Assembly (NCBI GenBank): GCA_964654465.1
Contig: CAZZIO010000062.1
Coordinates: 1 to 46,445 of the forward strand
Length of the DNA: 46,445 nt
From: an uncultured Dictyoglomota bacterium
Lineage (GTDB): Bacteria; Dictyoglomota; Dictyoglomia; Dictyoglomales; Dictyoglomaceae
Direction: 5' to 3'
The notes beneath the pieces were generated by a model. That model had not been told where the DNA came from. It searched no databases and was given only the letters and a program-made list of their open reading frames with translations. The translations under genes were made by a program, and so were the position numbers. This document shows positions 1 through 9,827 of the stretch, piece by piece. How positions within the stretch are numbered: the stretch's first letter is position 1; every line of letters begins with the position of its first letter.

Positions 1-533
1 TTTCCACTGATAGGATTGGTTAAATCTATATATATATCTTCCTGATATATATCTTCCTGTGGAACACTCCATAGAAGATCAGCTAAACCTTGTATGTATG
101 ATGGGCTTCCTAATATTTTGTATAAATATATCTTCATATAAAGCTTACTTAGAGATCCCCCAAAAACAATCAATGGAATTTGAAAAATCAAAGTAGTTTT
201 ATCCTCTGAAATCTCACCTTTAAGTTGAGCATGTATCAAAGAAAATAGTTGAAGAGTTGACAGATCTCCATTTTTGCCCCACTTAAAGTTCAATATATCC
301 CTATCTCCATCACACCATATGAAGTATTGCCATGTACTTAGATCATTACTTACATATCCATCTTTATTAAATGGAATCACAAGGGAATAGTAATTACCAC
401 CATCGTATAAACTTAAAGGATTATAAAACTCTAATTGAATTTTTAAAAGTCCTTTCGGTCTTATAGTAACAGTACGTGCACATCCAGATAAAAGAAATAA
501 AATAATAAGTAGAAAAATAAAAATTCTTTTCAT
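1..533 (-). CDS. Putative lipoprotein, 3'-truncated at window edge (not in ORF track)
   Basis: Manual translation from ATG at 533 gives MKRIFIFLLIILFLLSGCARTVTIRPKG..., open to position 1. Basic N-terminus, hydrophobic core and lipobox LSG-C. Starts 5 nt after the histidine kinase stop. Confidence 0.85.
   Translation of the reverse strand, partial: MKRIFIFLLIILFLLSGCARTVTIRPKGLLKIQLEFYNPLSLYDGGNYYSLVIPFNKDGYVSNDLSTWQYFIWCDGDRDILNFKWGKNGDLSTLQLFSLIHAQLKGEISEDKTTLIFQIPLIVFGGSLSKLYMKIYLYKILGSPSYIQGLADLLWSVPQEDIYQEDIYIDLTNPISG
30..59. repeat. Perfect 15-bp tandem duplication (ATATATATCTTCCTG x2), in frame, encoding QEDIY-QEDIY
   Basis: Read directly: positions 30-44 are identical to 45-59. Confidence 0.9.
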
Positions 534-538
534 AAATG

Positions 539-1774
539 CTACTTTCTCCTCTTTAAGAAGAATGTACTTCCCTCTCCTTCTCTACTTTCCACTTCTATCT
601 CAAGACCTGCCACATCTGAAAGCTTTTTAGCAAGAGAAAGACCAAGCCCATACCCCCTACTACTTCTTGACTTATCCAATTTATAAAATCTTTCAAAAAT
701 CTTAGAAATCTCTTCCTCAGGTATACCTTTTCCATAATCTCTTACGAAAAATTTACCATCATTATAACCTATATCAATTAACTTTTTATCAAGAGAATTT
801 TTTATTCCATTCTCAATAAAAATTCCCAGGATAATTTCAAGAACTTTCTTTGGAAAAATCACTTCTTCATTTTTATTTAGAATTATATGAAATTCATATT
901 CTGAATAAATCTTTGAATATTTCTCCTTTATCTCTTCCAAAAACTCCTTTACCCAAAATTTATTGAAAATTATATCTTCTGAGACCCTTGCTGTTTCAAG
1001 AAGAGTATCTACCATATTTACCATATATTGAGTTGTTTCCTCCAATATGTTTAATGACTCCTCAAGAACTTTTTTATCCTCTTTTCCCCACCTTTTTAAC
1101 ATTTTTATATACCCCAAAATAGAAGTAAGAGGAGTCTTCAATTCATGAGAAACATCCGAAGAAAATTCTTCCTCCCGTTTATAAACCTTTTCTATCCTAT
1201 CAAGCATCATATTCAATGTATTCACAAGCTCCCAAAGTTCATCCTTTGTCCTGGGAAACTCTATCCTATCTTGTCTTCTTATATCCACCTTTTTTGCCTC
1301 TTTTATTATTCTTCTTATTGGAGATAAAAATCTATTGGACATAAAATAACCAATAGCCATGGAAGGAATTATGGAAAGTAAAGCAAAAAGTATGGAATTT
1401 CTTTTTAACCTATCAAGGGCATATATGGTAGATGTAATATCCTTACCAATAAGATATTCATCTCTTTTAACTATGAGTACATAATATCCATCATTAGTAT
1501 TATATATACCTTCTTCTTTCACTTCACCCAAACTAAAGGGATCTTGAATAACCACTCCATTTTGGGCAATATAGTAGGAAGAAATTCTTCCCATTCCCCT
1601 TCCCATCATAAATCCTCTTCCATAGGAAAAGCCAAAAAAACTCTTATACAGATCCTTTTTATGCTCATCCATAATGGTATTTTTAGAATTCTCGTAAAAA
1701 ATCAAAGAAAAAAGAGAAATAAAAGTTACTATAACAAAAGTATAAGTTAGAGTGATCTTCCAAGCTATTTTCAT
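539..1774 (-). CDS. HAMP-domain sensor histidine kinase
   Basis: Two TM segments, HAMP region, H-box SHELKTPL, N-box ENGIK, DYGKG and GYGLGL boxes. Confidence 0.95.
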   Translation of the reverse strand: MKIAWKITLTYTFVIVTFISLFSLIFYENSKNTIMDEHKKDLYKSFFGFSYGRGFMMGRGMGRISSYYIAQNGVVIQDPFSLGEVKEEGIYNTNDGYYVLIVKRDEYLIGKDITSTIYALDRLKRNSILFALLSIIPSMAIGYFMSNRFLSPIRRIIKEAKKVDIRRQDRIEFPRTKDELWELVNTLNMMLDRIEKVYKREEEFSSDVSHELKTPLTSILGYIKMLKRWGKEDKKVLEESLNILEETTQYMVNMVDTLLETARVSEDIIFNKFWVKEFLEEIKEKYSKIYSEYEFHIILNKNEEVIFPKKVLEIILGIFIENGIKNSLDKKLIDIGYNDGKFFVRDYGKGIPEEEISKIFERFYKLDKSRSSRGYGLGLSLAKKLSDVAGLEIEVESREGEGSTFFLKRRK

Positions 1775-1776
1775 AA

Positions 1777-2439
1777 TTAATCTTCCCTAAAAGAATATCC
1801 AATTCCTCTTATGGTTTTTATATATTTACCTTTATCCCCCAATTTCTTTCTCAGATAATTTATGTATACCTCTACTAAATTTTTTCTCTCATCATCATAA
1901 TCTCCCCATACATATGACAAAATCTTATCCTTAGAAAGAACCATCCCTGCATTTCTCATTAAAAAATAAAGAAGAGAGAATTCAGTTTTAGATAACACTA
2001 TCTCTTTTCCATCAACTAAAGCTCTATACTCTGATGGGAAGATTGAAATACCATATTTTTCAATTACTTCTTCCTTCTTTTCCTTTCTTCTTGAGACAGC
2101 CTGAATTCTTGCTAAAAGCTCTTCTATACTAAAAGGTTTTACTACATAATCATCCGCCCCAAAATTAAAAGCTTCTACTTTATCCTTAACTTCGTGAAGA
2201 GCAGTAAGCATTATAATACCCATATCAGGATATTTATACCTCAATCTTTTTGCCACTTCTTTTCCAGATATTCCAGGTAGCATTATATCAAGAATTACCA
2301 AATCTGGCTTAAATTCTTCTGCTTCTATAAGGGCATCATAACCATCATAGACTACCTTTACCTCATATCCTTCATGGGTAAGCTCAAGATTTAACAGATT
2401 TGCTATTTTCTTATCATCTTCCACCACAAGAATACGCAT
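1777..2439 (-). CDS. OmpR/PhoB-family response regulator
   Basis: VVEDD, LDIMLP, GADDYVVKPF receiver motifs; C-terminal winged helix ending TIRGIGY. Confidence 0.97.
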   Translation of the reverse strand: MRILVVEDDKKIANLLNLELTHEGYEVKVVYDGYDALIEAEEFKPDLVILDIMLPGISGKEVAKRLRYKYPDMGIIMLTALHEVKDKVEAFNFGADDYVVKPFSIEELLARIQAVSRRKEKKEEVIEKYGISIFPSEYRALVDGKEIVLSKTEFSLLYFLMRNAGMVLSKDKILSYVWGDYDDERKNLVEVYINYLRKKLGDKGKYIKTIRGIGYSFRED

Positions 2440-2445
2440 AGTTTA

Positions 2446-2471
2446 AGTATATCACAAAAATCTGATATAAT
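2446..2471. promoter_or_regulatory. Back-to-back extended -10 promoters, probably leaderless transcripts
   Basis: TGaTATACT on minus strand 6 nt before ATG 2439; TGaTATAAT on plus strand 8 nt before ATG 2480. No Shine-Dalgarno sequence in the 40-bp gap. Confidence 0.65.
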
Positions 2472-2479
2472 TTAAAATC

Positions 2480-3376
2480 ATGGATATAAGTGTGATTATG
2501 CCAACATATAATAGAAAAAATCTATTGGAGATCATTCTTCCTCAAATTCTTAATCAAGATTTTGAAGGGGAATATGAGGTTATTATCTCTGATGATGGGT
2601 CTTCTGATAATACTAGTGAGCTGATTAATAACTTTCAAAAAATGTACCCTAACTTGAAATATATAAAGAGTAAGGAAAGAAAAGGACCAGCCCATGCAAG
2701 AAATATGGCACTTAATATCTCTCAAGGTAAGCTTATAGTATTTATAGATAGTGATATATACGTTAAGAAGGATTTTCTTAAAAATCACTATGATATCCAA
2801 AAAGAAAATAATTTTAATGTAATAGTACAAGGACCTGTGATAAACACATATAACTGGAAAGAACCATGGACAGAAAAATTCAAATTAAGGGATATTTCAT
2901 CCGCCTTTTTCGCTACGGGAAATGTAAGTGTTTCAAAAGAGCTTCTATCCGTTACAGGATTTTTTGACGTAAATTTTTCCTTTTATGGTTGGGAAGATTT
3001 AGAATTAGGAATAAGACTTAAGAAACTGGGAGTAAAACTGGTAAAATCAGAAAAAGTTATTGTTTGGCATCTTAGTATTCCTCCTGATCTTACTAATTTA
3101 CCATATCTACTAAATAAAGAGAGAGAAAGGGCAAGATCAGCTATTTATTTTTATAAAAAACATCCTACTTTAGAAGTTAAAATGATGATACAAATGGGAA
3201 GAATTTATAAAATAGGAAACTTTATTCAAAGATTCTTTGGATTAATAAATGAAAAGAATATAGAAAAGTGGTTTAATTTTGCAGAAAAGAAAGGATATCA
3301 TACATTATCCCAGATTTTCCTTTCAGGAGTACTAAATAAGGCCTATTTAGATGAATTGGACAAAATTTCCTCATAA
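2480..3376 (+). CDS. Glycosyltransferase family 2
   Basis: ISVIMPTYNR, DDGSSD, ARN, FIDSD (DxD) and GWEDLEL motifs. Confidence 0.93.
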   Translation: MDISVIMPTYNRKNLLEIILPQILNQDFEGEYEVIISDDGSSDNTSELINNFQKMYPNLKYIKSKERKGPAHARNMALNISQGKLIVFIDSDIYVKKDFLKNHYDIQKENNFNVIVQGPVINTYNWKEPWTEKFKLRDISSAFFATGNVSVSKELLSVTGFFDVNFSFYGWEDLELGIRLKKLGVKLVKSEKVIVWHLSIPPDLTNLPYLLNKERERARSAIYFYKKHPTLEVKMMIQMGRIYKIGNFIQRFFGLINEKNIEKWFNFAEKKGYHTLSQIFLSGVLNKAYLDELDKISS

Positions 3377-4416
3377 ACTGCTCTTGTTCTTTTAGCCATT
3401 TTTGCAGAAGTAAATTCATTTATAAATTTTTCATATCCTTTTTGAGCTAACTCATTCCTCATATTTTCCTTCTCAATAAGAGTTACAATTGCATTAGAAA
3501 GAGCATTAATATTCTTAGGAGGCACCAAGATTCCATCGATACCATCACTTATAATCTCTGGTATCCCACCTACACTCGTTGCAATAACAGGTACTTTGAC
3601 TGAAAAAGCCTCTAATATGACTAATCCAAAAGCCTCAAAAAGTGAAGGCAAAACAAATATTTGAAAATTCTTTATGTAATCTCTTGCCCCAGGCATCTTT
3701 CCTAAAAAGTATACTTTATCTCTAATATTTAACTTTTTAACTAAATTCTCTAATGATTTTCTCTCTTCCCCATCTCCTATTATTACTAACTTCACATTAT
3801 TATATCTTTTCGCTACCTCATAGAAAGCATAAACTAAGTATTTAATACCTTTTGTCTTTGTTAATCGGGCAGTAGTTCCTATAATAAACCCATCCACCTT
3901 AATAGGTAAATTTTTCCCTTCAGTACTTTCTGCAATTCCATTGTGAATAACTACAACCTTATCCTTTGAAAGACCTTTTTTAATAAGATTTTCTTTATCA
4001 TAATTAGATACACATATGACCCTATCAGCCAACCTACTAAAAAAGGCAGAAAGAGAATAATTTAGATAAAAAAATGTGGGTGGATAACCATGACAAGTAA
4101 ATACAACAGGAATATCCGGAAATAACTTTTTAGCAATAAATATCAATTCATGTGCTCCATGTATATGAATCAAATGAGGATTAAAATCATTAATTATTTT
4201 TCTAACCCTATCCTTATATTCTCTAATATTTAAAAAACCAAGATATGGAATTTCTCTATAAGGTATATTGTTGCTATTTAATATGGTTATTCCTCCCCCT
4301 TGAGGAGCTGTTACTAAAAATTCATACTCATCCTTTAAAGCCTTAATAAGCTCTATTACATGGTTTTCTGTACCTGCAAGATTAAAGTATGGAAGAAGAA
4401 AAAGTACCCTTCTCAT
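3343..4416 (-). CDS. Glycosyltransferase family 4
   Basis: GTENH, VIHNGI, PSLFEAFGLVILEA and VGGIPEII GT-B motifs. Confidence 0.95.
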   Translation of the reverse strand: MRRVLFLLPYFNLAGTENHVIELIKALKDEYEFLVTAPQGGGITILNSNNIPYREIPYLGFLNIREYKDRVRKIINDFNPHLIHIHGAHELIFIAKKLFPDIPVVFTCHGYPPTFFYLNYSLSAFFSRLADRVICVSNYDKENLIKKGLSKDKVVVIHNGIAESTEGKNLPIKVDGFIIGTTARLTKTKGIKYLVYAFYEVAKRYNNVKLVIIGDGEERKSLENLVKKLNIRDKVYFLGKMPGARDYIKNFQIFVLPSLFEAFGLVILEAFSVKVPVIATSVGGIPEIISDGIDGILVPPKNINALSNAIVTLIEKENMRNELAQKGYEKFINEFTSAKMAKRTRAVYEEILSNSSK

Positions 4417-5518
4417 ATAAACTTCTTAAAATAGCTCCAAAGAAGAAAAATATAATTCCAAGATGTAGTGACCACATAGTACCATCAAAAAACTGATGTC
4501 CCATATATGCTGTATACCCACTCAGAACAGCCAAAGAAAGGTAATCTTTATCTCTCAAATAAGCTTTTATTCCCCAGTAAAAAAATTGAAAAATGACTAA
4601 AGAAAAAGAAAGAAAACCCAATATACCAGTTTCAGCAAGAAGATTCAGGGGAAGATTATGAGCAAAAGACATATTTTCTTTTATAGCTTGAGGTAATCTA
4701 TAATAAGGATACATCTTGCTAAAAGCAGAAAAGCCTACCCCAAAAATAGGATGATCTAAAAACATTTTCCAAGCAGATATCCATATATAAATTCTTTGTA
4801 TTTTTGAACTTGAATATGGATCAACTCTTGTCAAGAAAAAGGAAAATAAATTGTCCTTTACTAAAATAGATTTTATAAGAAAAAATACTAAAATTAACAG
4901 TGCTATTATGCTCATATATAAGACCTTTCTTTTAACCTTTTTATCCCCTAAAATAAATATCAAGATCTCAGCTAAAATCAATCCCAAAATTGCTCCTTGT
5001 GACATACTAAGGATGAGTCCTACAATAAGTATAATTAAAGATATAAAATGCCACAATTTACCATTATCTGTTAAAATTTTCAATTGTACTAAGGGAATAG
5101 TAGTAGCTAAAACAGTACCTAAAGCATTTTTACCTAAAATAGGAGTTTCTGCATAATATCCCTTATTATGAAGAAATATATTTATTCCAGAAAAAGCAAG
5201 TAGAGTAGCACCAAAAATAAAGTAGTCTAATACTCTATCAATTAATGAGGGGGAGAGATTTTCCTTTATAAAGAATAAGTAAAATAAAACCAAAAATAGC
5301 AGTACTAAAAAATTTAATAATGAAAATTTCCTAAAAGTAGAAAATAAAGAAGATAGAAAAAAAGAGATGATAAAAAAAATTAAAATTGGATCTATGTTTT
5401 TAAAACTAAGCTCTCTGATTCTTAAAACACGAGAGAAAAAATATATGATAAATCCAATTGTCCCTCCACCTACTCCTAAAAAAAATCCCAATATATATAA
5501 TATTTCTTCCATTCTCAT
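4382..5518 (-). CDS. O-antigen ligase (Wzy_C/WaaL) family membrane protein
   Basis: Polytopic membrane protein with R..IW..AW.MFLDHPIFGVG and AHNLPLNLLAETGILG motifs. Confidence 0.88.
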   Translation of the reverse strand: MRMEEILYILGFFLGVGGGTIGFIIYFFSRVLRIRELSFKNIDPILIFFIISFFLSSLFSTFRKFSLLNFLVLLFLVLFYLFFIKENLSPSLIDRVLDYFIFGATLLAFSGINIFLHNKGYYAETPILGKNALGTVLATTIPLVQLKILTDNGKLWHFISLIILIVGLILSMSQGAILGLILAEILIFILGDKKVKRKVLYMSIIALLILVFFLIKSILVKDNLFSFFLTRVDPYSSSKIQRIYIWISAWKMFLDHPIFGVGFSAFSKMYPYYRLPQAIKENMSFAHNLPLNLLAETGILGFLSFSLVIFQFFYWGIKAYLRDKDYLSLAVLSGYTAYMGHQFFDGTMWSLHLGIIFFFFGAILRSLYEKGTFSSSIL

Positions 5519-5548
5519 GAAATAAATTATAACACAATTTTAGAAAAT

Positions 5549-5570
5549 AGGGGGGATTTTTGTCCCCCCT
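5549..5570 (-). terminator. Intrinsic terminator after the GH4 gene
   Basis: AGGGGGGA/TCCCCCCT stem followed by a T-rich tract on the minus strand. Confidence 0.75.
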
Positions 5571-5577
5571 TCATTTT

Positions 5578-6936
5578 TTATTTATAATGTTTATTCATCT
5601 CTTCATTCCAAGGTTGTGAGAGAAGAGTTTCAACAAGATTCTTCCCTTGTTCAAAACTTTGAGTTCTTGGGTCATCCATAACCATAAGAAGAAGACTCTT
5701 CCTATCTCCCTCACGAAAAGCTTGAAGTATTCTTTCCATTCTTAACCATCTTGGTATTAATACATAAAGCATCAAACGGGATGGAATTTTCTCAATCTTT
5801 TCTCTTTCAATTCCATTCTTATCTACATATACTGGTATCTCCACAATTACATCATCAGGGATTCCAGGAATAGCACCATTGTTTGGTACATTAATAACCA
5901 ATCTTCTTCTGTTATTGTTTACTATAGCATCTACAAAAGGTATTATAGATTCCATACTTTCTTCCATCGGTAATTCTTTTACTACTGACACATTAGGATC
6001 TCTTGCCAATCTCTCCATTTGCTGCAATCTAAGCTTTAATCCATAAAGATACATGGTCCATCCTATCTCGGAATCTGGACCTCCTGCAGGATACCATTTT
6101 TTCTTCTCATTCAAGCTTGTATGGAACCACCAAGGTGAAACACTTCTTGGAGTATCTCCGATAGGGAATAAACCATAAAGTCTATACATCTCTACACTTG
6201 CAGGAGAAAATTGAGTATATTCCCAAGGAGATATCATATAATCATAAGAATTCCAAATCTTTGGAGCTTCTTCCTCTATCCATTTATCTATTAAGGGATA
6301 GGCATCTTGCCCTTTATACTTAAATTTCGTCAAAAAGATGCAATGATTAAACCCTGCTACTTGCTCTTCTATATCCTTAGGATCCAACCCCAAAGCTCTT
6401 ACCAAATGGAAAAGCTCTAAATATCCATGACAGAAACCAACCACCTTAAGGCCAGATTCTCTTAAAGCTAAATTTGTACTTTCAAATACAGGATTAGAAA
6501 CCTGCATATACCATGCATTAGGAGCCAACTTTTCTACATCCTTCACCAAATCTCTTACAAACCTTAGTTGTTCATAGGCAGCGAATCCCCCATAGTAATC
6601 ACTTACTTTATCATCCACTCCCCTGTAATAACCTAAACTTTCAGCAATTTCTCTTTCCTTCTCCATATTATGATATCCACCTATTTTTACTGTATTTATT
6701 ACAAAATCAGCTCCATCTAATGCTTTTTTTCTATCTGTGGTCTTTTCAAGTTTTAAATCAGTACCGGCCTCTTTTCTATACTTATCAGCTAAAGAATAAA
6801 CAAGATCAAGCCTATCCTCATTAATATCCATAAAGGTTACTGTGCTTCCAGAAAGATCTTTGTAGTAATTAAGATCTTGAATAAGCTTCATAGAAAAGGC
6901 TACACTACCAGCACCAATAATAGCTATTTTTACCAT
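5578..6936 (-). CDS. GH4 NAD+/Mn2+-dependent alpha-glucosidase/alpha-galactosidase (Thermotoga AglA-like)
   Basis: IIGAGS Rossmann motif, GYYRG, SNPVFE, GFCHG, AGFNH, PIGDT and GGPDSEIGW. Confidence 0.9.
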   Translation of the reverse strand: MVKIAIIGAGSVAFSMKLIQDLNYYKDLSGSTVTFMDINEDRLDLVYSLADKYRKEAGTDLKLEKTTDRKKALDGADFVINTVKIGGYHNMEKEREIAESLGYYRGVDDKVSDYYGGFAAYEQLRFVRDLVKDVEKLAPNAWYMQVSNPVFESTNLALRESGLKVVGFCHGYLELFHLVRALGLDPKDIEEQVAGFNHCIFLTKFKYKGQDAYPLIDKWIEEEAPKIWNSYDYMISPWEYTQFSPASVEMYRLYGLFPIGDTPRSVSPWWFHTSLNEKKKWYPAGGPDSEIGWTMYLYGLKLRLQQMERLARDPNVSVVKELPMEESMESIIPFVDAIVNNNRRRLVINVPNNGAIPGIPDDVIVEIPVYVDKNGIEREKIEKIPSRLMLYVLIPRWLRMERILQAFREGDRKSLLLMVMDDPRTQSFEQGKNLVETLLSQPWNEEMNKHYK

Positions 6937-6962
6937 AAAACTACCTCCTTAATTTAAATTTT

Positions 6963-7943
6963 TTAAGAAATATATTTATGACACATTACCCAACGATCAT
7001 CTATAAGAATCTTTTTAGGCTCTTCTCTAAAACATATATCTCTTGCCTCATCACAACGATCTGAAAATTTACAACCAAGTTTAGAAAATTCTTTAACCTC
7101 TTGGACAGAAAGTTTTATATTACCTTCCCAACGTTTATCTATGTCCGGCTCTGGCACAGAGTCAATTAAGAGCTTGGTATAAGGATGTAGAGGTTTAAGC
7201 ATAACCTTCTCTACAGGTCCTATTTCCACAATATTTCCTCTATACATAATGGCAATCCAATCACTAATATAATAGGCAGTAGTCAAATCATGGGTTATAT
7301 ATAATACCGAAACACCATATTTTTCCTTAAGTTCTTTGAACAGATTAACTATGGACATCCTTAAAGAAGCATCAACCATAGAAACTGGCTCATCCGCCAC
7401 AAGCAAAGACGGAGTTGTTATAAGCGCTCTCGCAATAGAAACTCTTTGAAGCTGTCCTCCAGAAAGTTCATGAGGATATCTTTTTTCTATCTCTTTTAGA
7501 TTCAAGCCTACTGCTTGTAAACTCATATCAACAATATCCATCGCTTCTTGCCTATTCTTAGCAAGACCAAAATTGATAGCTGTATTAAAAAGATAAGAAT
7601 CTACTCTTTTTAAAGGATTAAAAGCTTCAAAAGGATTTTGAAATATGGGCTGTACTTCTTTCATAAATTTAAGTTTATTTTTTCTAGAACTTAAATCAGT
7701 TACTCTTTCCCCCTTATAATATATTTCTCCGGATGTTGGTTCAATTAAACCTAATATCATACGAGCTAAGGTGGTTTTTCCAGATCCTGTCTCCCCAGCA
7801 ATAGTCAGTATTTCAGGCTTATTTAAAGGTAAATAAAAACTTTCTTTATTCACTGCTACTAATTTTACCCCTAAAAATCTTCCCCCAATTACAAATATCT
7901 TGGTTAAATCTTTAACGTATAACAAAAAATCTTGTTCCATCAT
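6963..7943 (-). CDS. Opp/Dpp-family ABC transporter ATP-binding subunit (OppF-like)
   Basis: GETGSGKTT, LSGGQLQR, DEPVSMVD, HPYT and C-terminal Cys cluster. Confidence 0.95.
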   Translation of the reverse strand: MMEQDFLLYVKDLTKIFVIGGRFLGVKLVAVNKESFYLPLNKPEILTIAGETGSGKTTLARMILGLIEPTSGEIYYKGERVTDLSSRKNKLKFMKEVQPIFQNPFEAFNPLKRVDSYLFNTAINFGLAKNRQEAMDIVDMSLQAVGLNLKEIEKRYPHELSGGQLQRVSIARALITTPSLLVADEPVSMVDASLRMSIVNLFKELKEKYGVSVLYITHDLTTAYYISDWIAIMYRGNIVEIGPVEKVMLKPLHPYTKLLIDSVPEPDIDKRWEGNIKLSVQEVKEFSKLGCKFSDRCDEARDICFREEPKKILIDDRWVMCHKYIS

Positions 7944-8932
7944 GTTTTCTCAACCTCCTTGCTGTGAAGAAAACAGGCCACTTTATGTCCTTTCTCTATC
8001 TCTACTAAGTCTGGCACCATCTCTTTACATTCCCTCATTGCATAAGGGCAACGAGGATGAAATCTACAGCCAGATGGAGGATTTAAAAGAGACGGAGGAG
8101 CTCCTGGGACACTCTTTTTCAAGGTTTTATCGCCTATCCTAGGAAGGGATTCAATAAGATATTTAGTGTATGGATGTAGAGGATTCTTAAAAATATCTTT
8201 TGCGCTACCTATTTCCACCAACTTTCCTGCATACATAATAATTATTCTATCAGCCATATTAGCATGAACTCCCATATCATGAGTTACCATAATTATTGTA
8301 TCTTTAAACTCCGACTGAATCCTTTTTAAAAGTTGGATTACTCCTCTTTGCACTACCACATCTAAGGCTGTAGTTGCTTCATCAGCTATAATCACCTTAG
8401 GTTTAAGTATAGTACTTAAAGCTATAGTAACTCTCTGTCGCATACCTCCTGAGAGTTGATGAGGAAATGAATTCAGAACTTCAAAAGGAAGACCCAAACT
8501 CTTTAAATGTTCTCCCACCATATCCCTAATTACATTATTATTTGTGATGTTAAGATGTAACTTTATTACATCTTCAAAAGTCTTTATGATTTTTCGTGTT
8601 GGATTTAGTACACTCATTGAACCTTGAGGCACATAGGAAAAGACCTTCCATTTTAATTCTTTTAAAACATTAATATCCTTTAATATATCTACTTCTCTAC
8701 CACCATATTTATAATATATCCCACCTCCCATCACGCTTAAGGGAGGTTTAATAAGCCCAATAAGGGTTTTCAATAGAGTACTCTTACCACATCCAGACTC
8801 TCCAGCTATTCCCAAAATCTCATTCTCCATAACTTGAAAAGACACATTATCAACTGCCCTAACTTTTCTCTCAATACCATATAAGGAAGTAATATAATAA
8901 GCCTTTAAATTTTCCACTTTTAAAGCATACAT
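7940..8932 (-). CDS. Opp/Dpp-family ABC transporter ATP-binding subunit (OppD-like)
   Basis: GESGCGKST, LSGGMRQR, DEATTALD, GCRFHPRC. Confidence 0.95.
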   Translation of the reverse strand: MYALKVENLKAYYITSLYGIERKVRAVDNVSFQVMENEILGIAGESGCGKSTLLKTLIGLIKPPLSVMGGGIYYKYGGREVDILKDINVLKELKWKVFSYVPQGSMSVLNPTRKIIKTFEDVIKLHLNITNNNVIRDMVGEHLKSLGLPFEVLNSFPHQLSGGMRQRVTIALSTILKPKVIIADEATTALDVVVQRGVIQLLKRIQSEFKDTIIMVTHDMGVHANMADRIIIMYAGKLVEIGSAKDIFKNPLHPYTKYLIESLPRIGDKTLKKSVPGAPPSLLNPPSGCRFHPRCPYAMRECKEMVPDLVEIEKGHKVACFLHSKEVEKT

Positions 8933-9810
8933 TAGGCTTCTTGGCCTCCTTCTTTCATCCTCATTCTTTGAATTCTTGTTCGTGGATCAAGATAATTACT
9001 AATACTCACCGATAGAGTATAAAGAGCTATGAAAAGAAGTATAGCTAAAATTACAGGGGTAAAAATCCACCACCATATTCCTCTTAGAAGAGCTTGATAT
9101 TGTAATGCCCAGTAAATAGTCGTCCCTATAGTAGGAGTTTCCAAACTTGAAAGTCCAAAAATAGCGAGGGTAGTTTCCATTCCAATTGCCCATAAAATTG
9201 TGTTTATAAAGTTAGCCATTACCCATGGTATAACAAAAGGAAGATGCTCTGTCATAATAATCTGAAAAGTACTCATTCCTGAGAAATTTGCTGTATATGT
9301 AAATTCTCTTTCTCTAAGACCTAATACAATAGCTCTTACCTGTCTTCCTCCCCAGGGCCAGGAGAATAAAGAAAGTATAAAGGCAATTAGAATAAGACTG
9401 ATATGCTGTTTTATTATTGAGGATATAAGAATAAGAATAGGTAGACTGGGAATAACAATAAAACTATCATTTACAGACATTAGAAATCTATCAAGACTTC
9501 CACCTCTGTAACCAGAAAGAAGCCCCACAAAGGTACCAATTACAATTGATATTACTGCAGTAAGAGACCCAAGGATTACAGAATTTCTTATAGCATGTGT
9601 TAAATTCCAGAATATATCTTGTCCCATAGAATTTGTACCCAATAGATAACGAAAAGAGGGAGGCTGATTTTTAGGAACCACATTCCATAATTTTGGATCA
9701 TAAGGAGAAACAAAAGAAAGTAAAGCTAAAAAAATTAACAAACATATAACTGTAAAACCAAAGGCAAACTTTTTATCACTCCTATATAAATCTCTTATCA
9801 CCAATAACAT
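8932..9810 (-). CDS. ABC transporter permease (OppC-like)
   Basis: LLGTNSMGQD motif, multiple TM helices, ends with LDPR. Confidence 0.93.
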   Translation of the reverse strand: MLLVIRDLYRSDKKFAFGFTVICLLIFLALLSFVSPYDPKLWNVVPKNQPPSFRYLLGTNSMGQDIFWNLTHAIRNSVILGSLTAVISIVIGTFVGLLSGYRGGSLDRFLMSVNDSFIVIPSLPILILISSIIKQHISLILIAFILSLFSWPWGGRQVRAIVLGLREREFTYTANFSGMSTFQIIMTEHLPFVIPWVMANFINTILWAIGMETTLAIFGLSSLETPTIGTTIYWALQYQALLRGIWWWIFTPVILAILLFIALYTLSVSISNYLDPRTRIQRMRMKEGGQEA

Positions 9811-9827
9811 AACTATATCTTTCCTCC

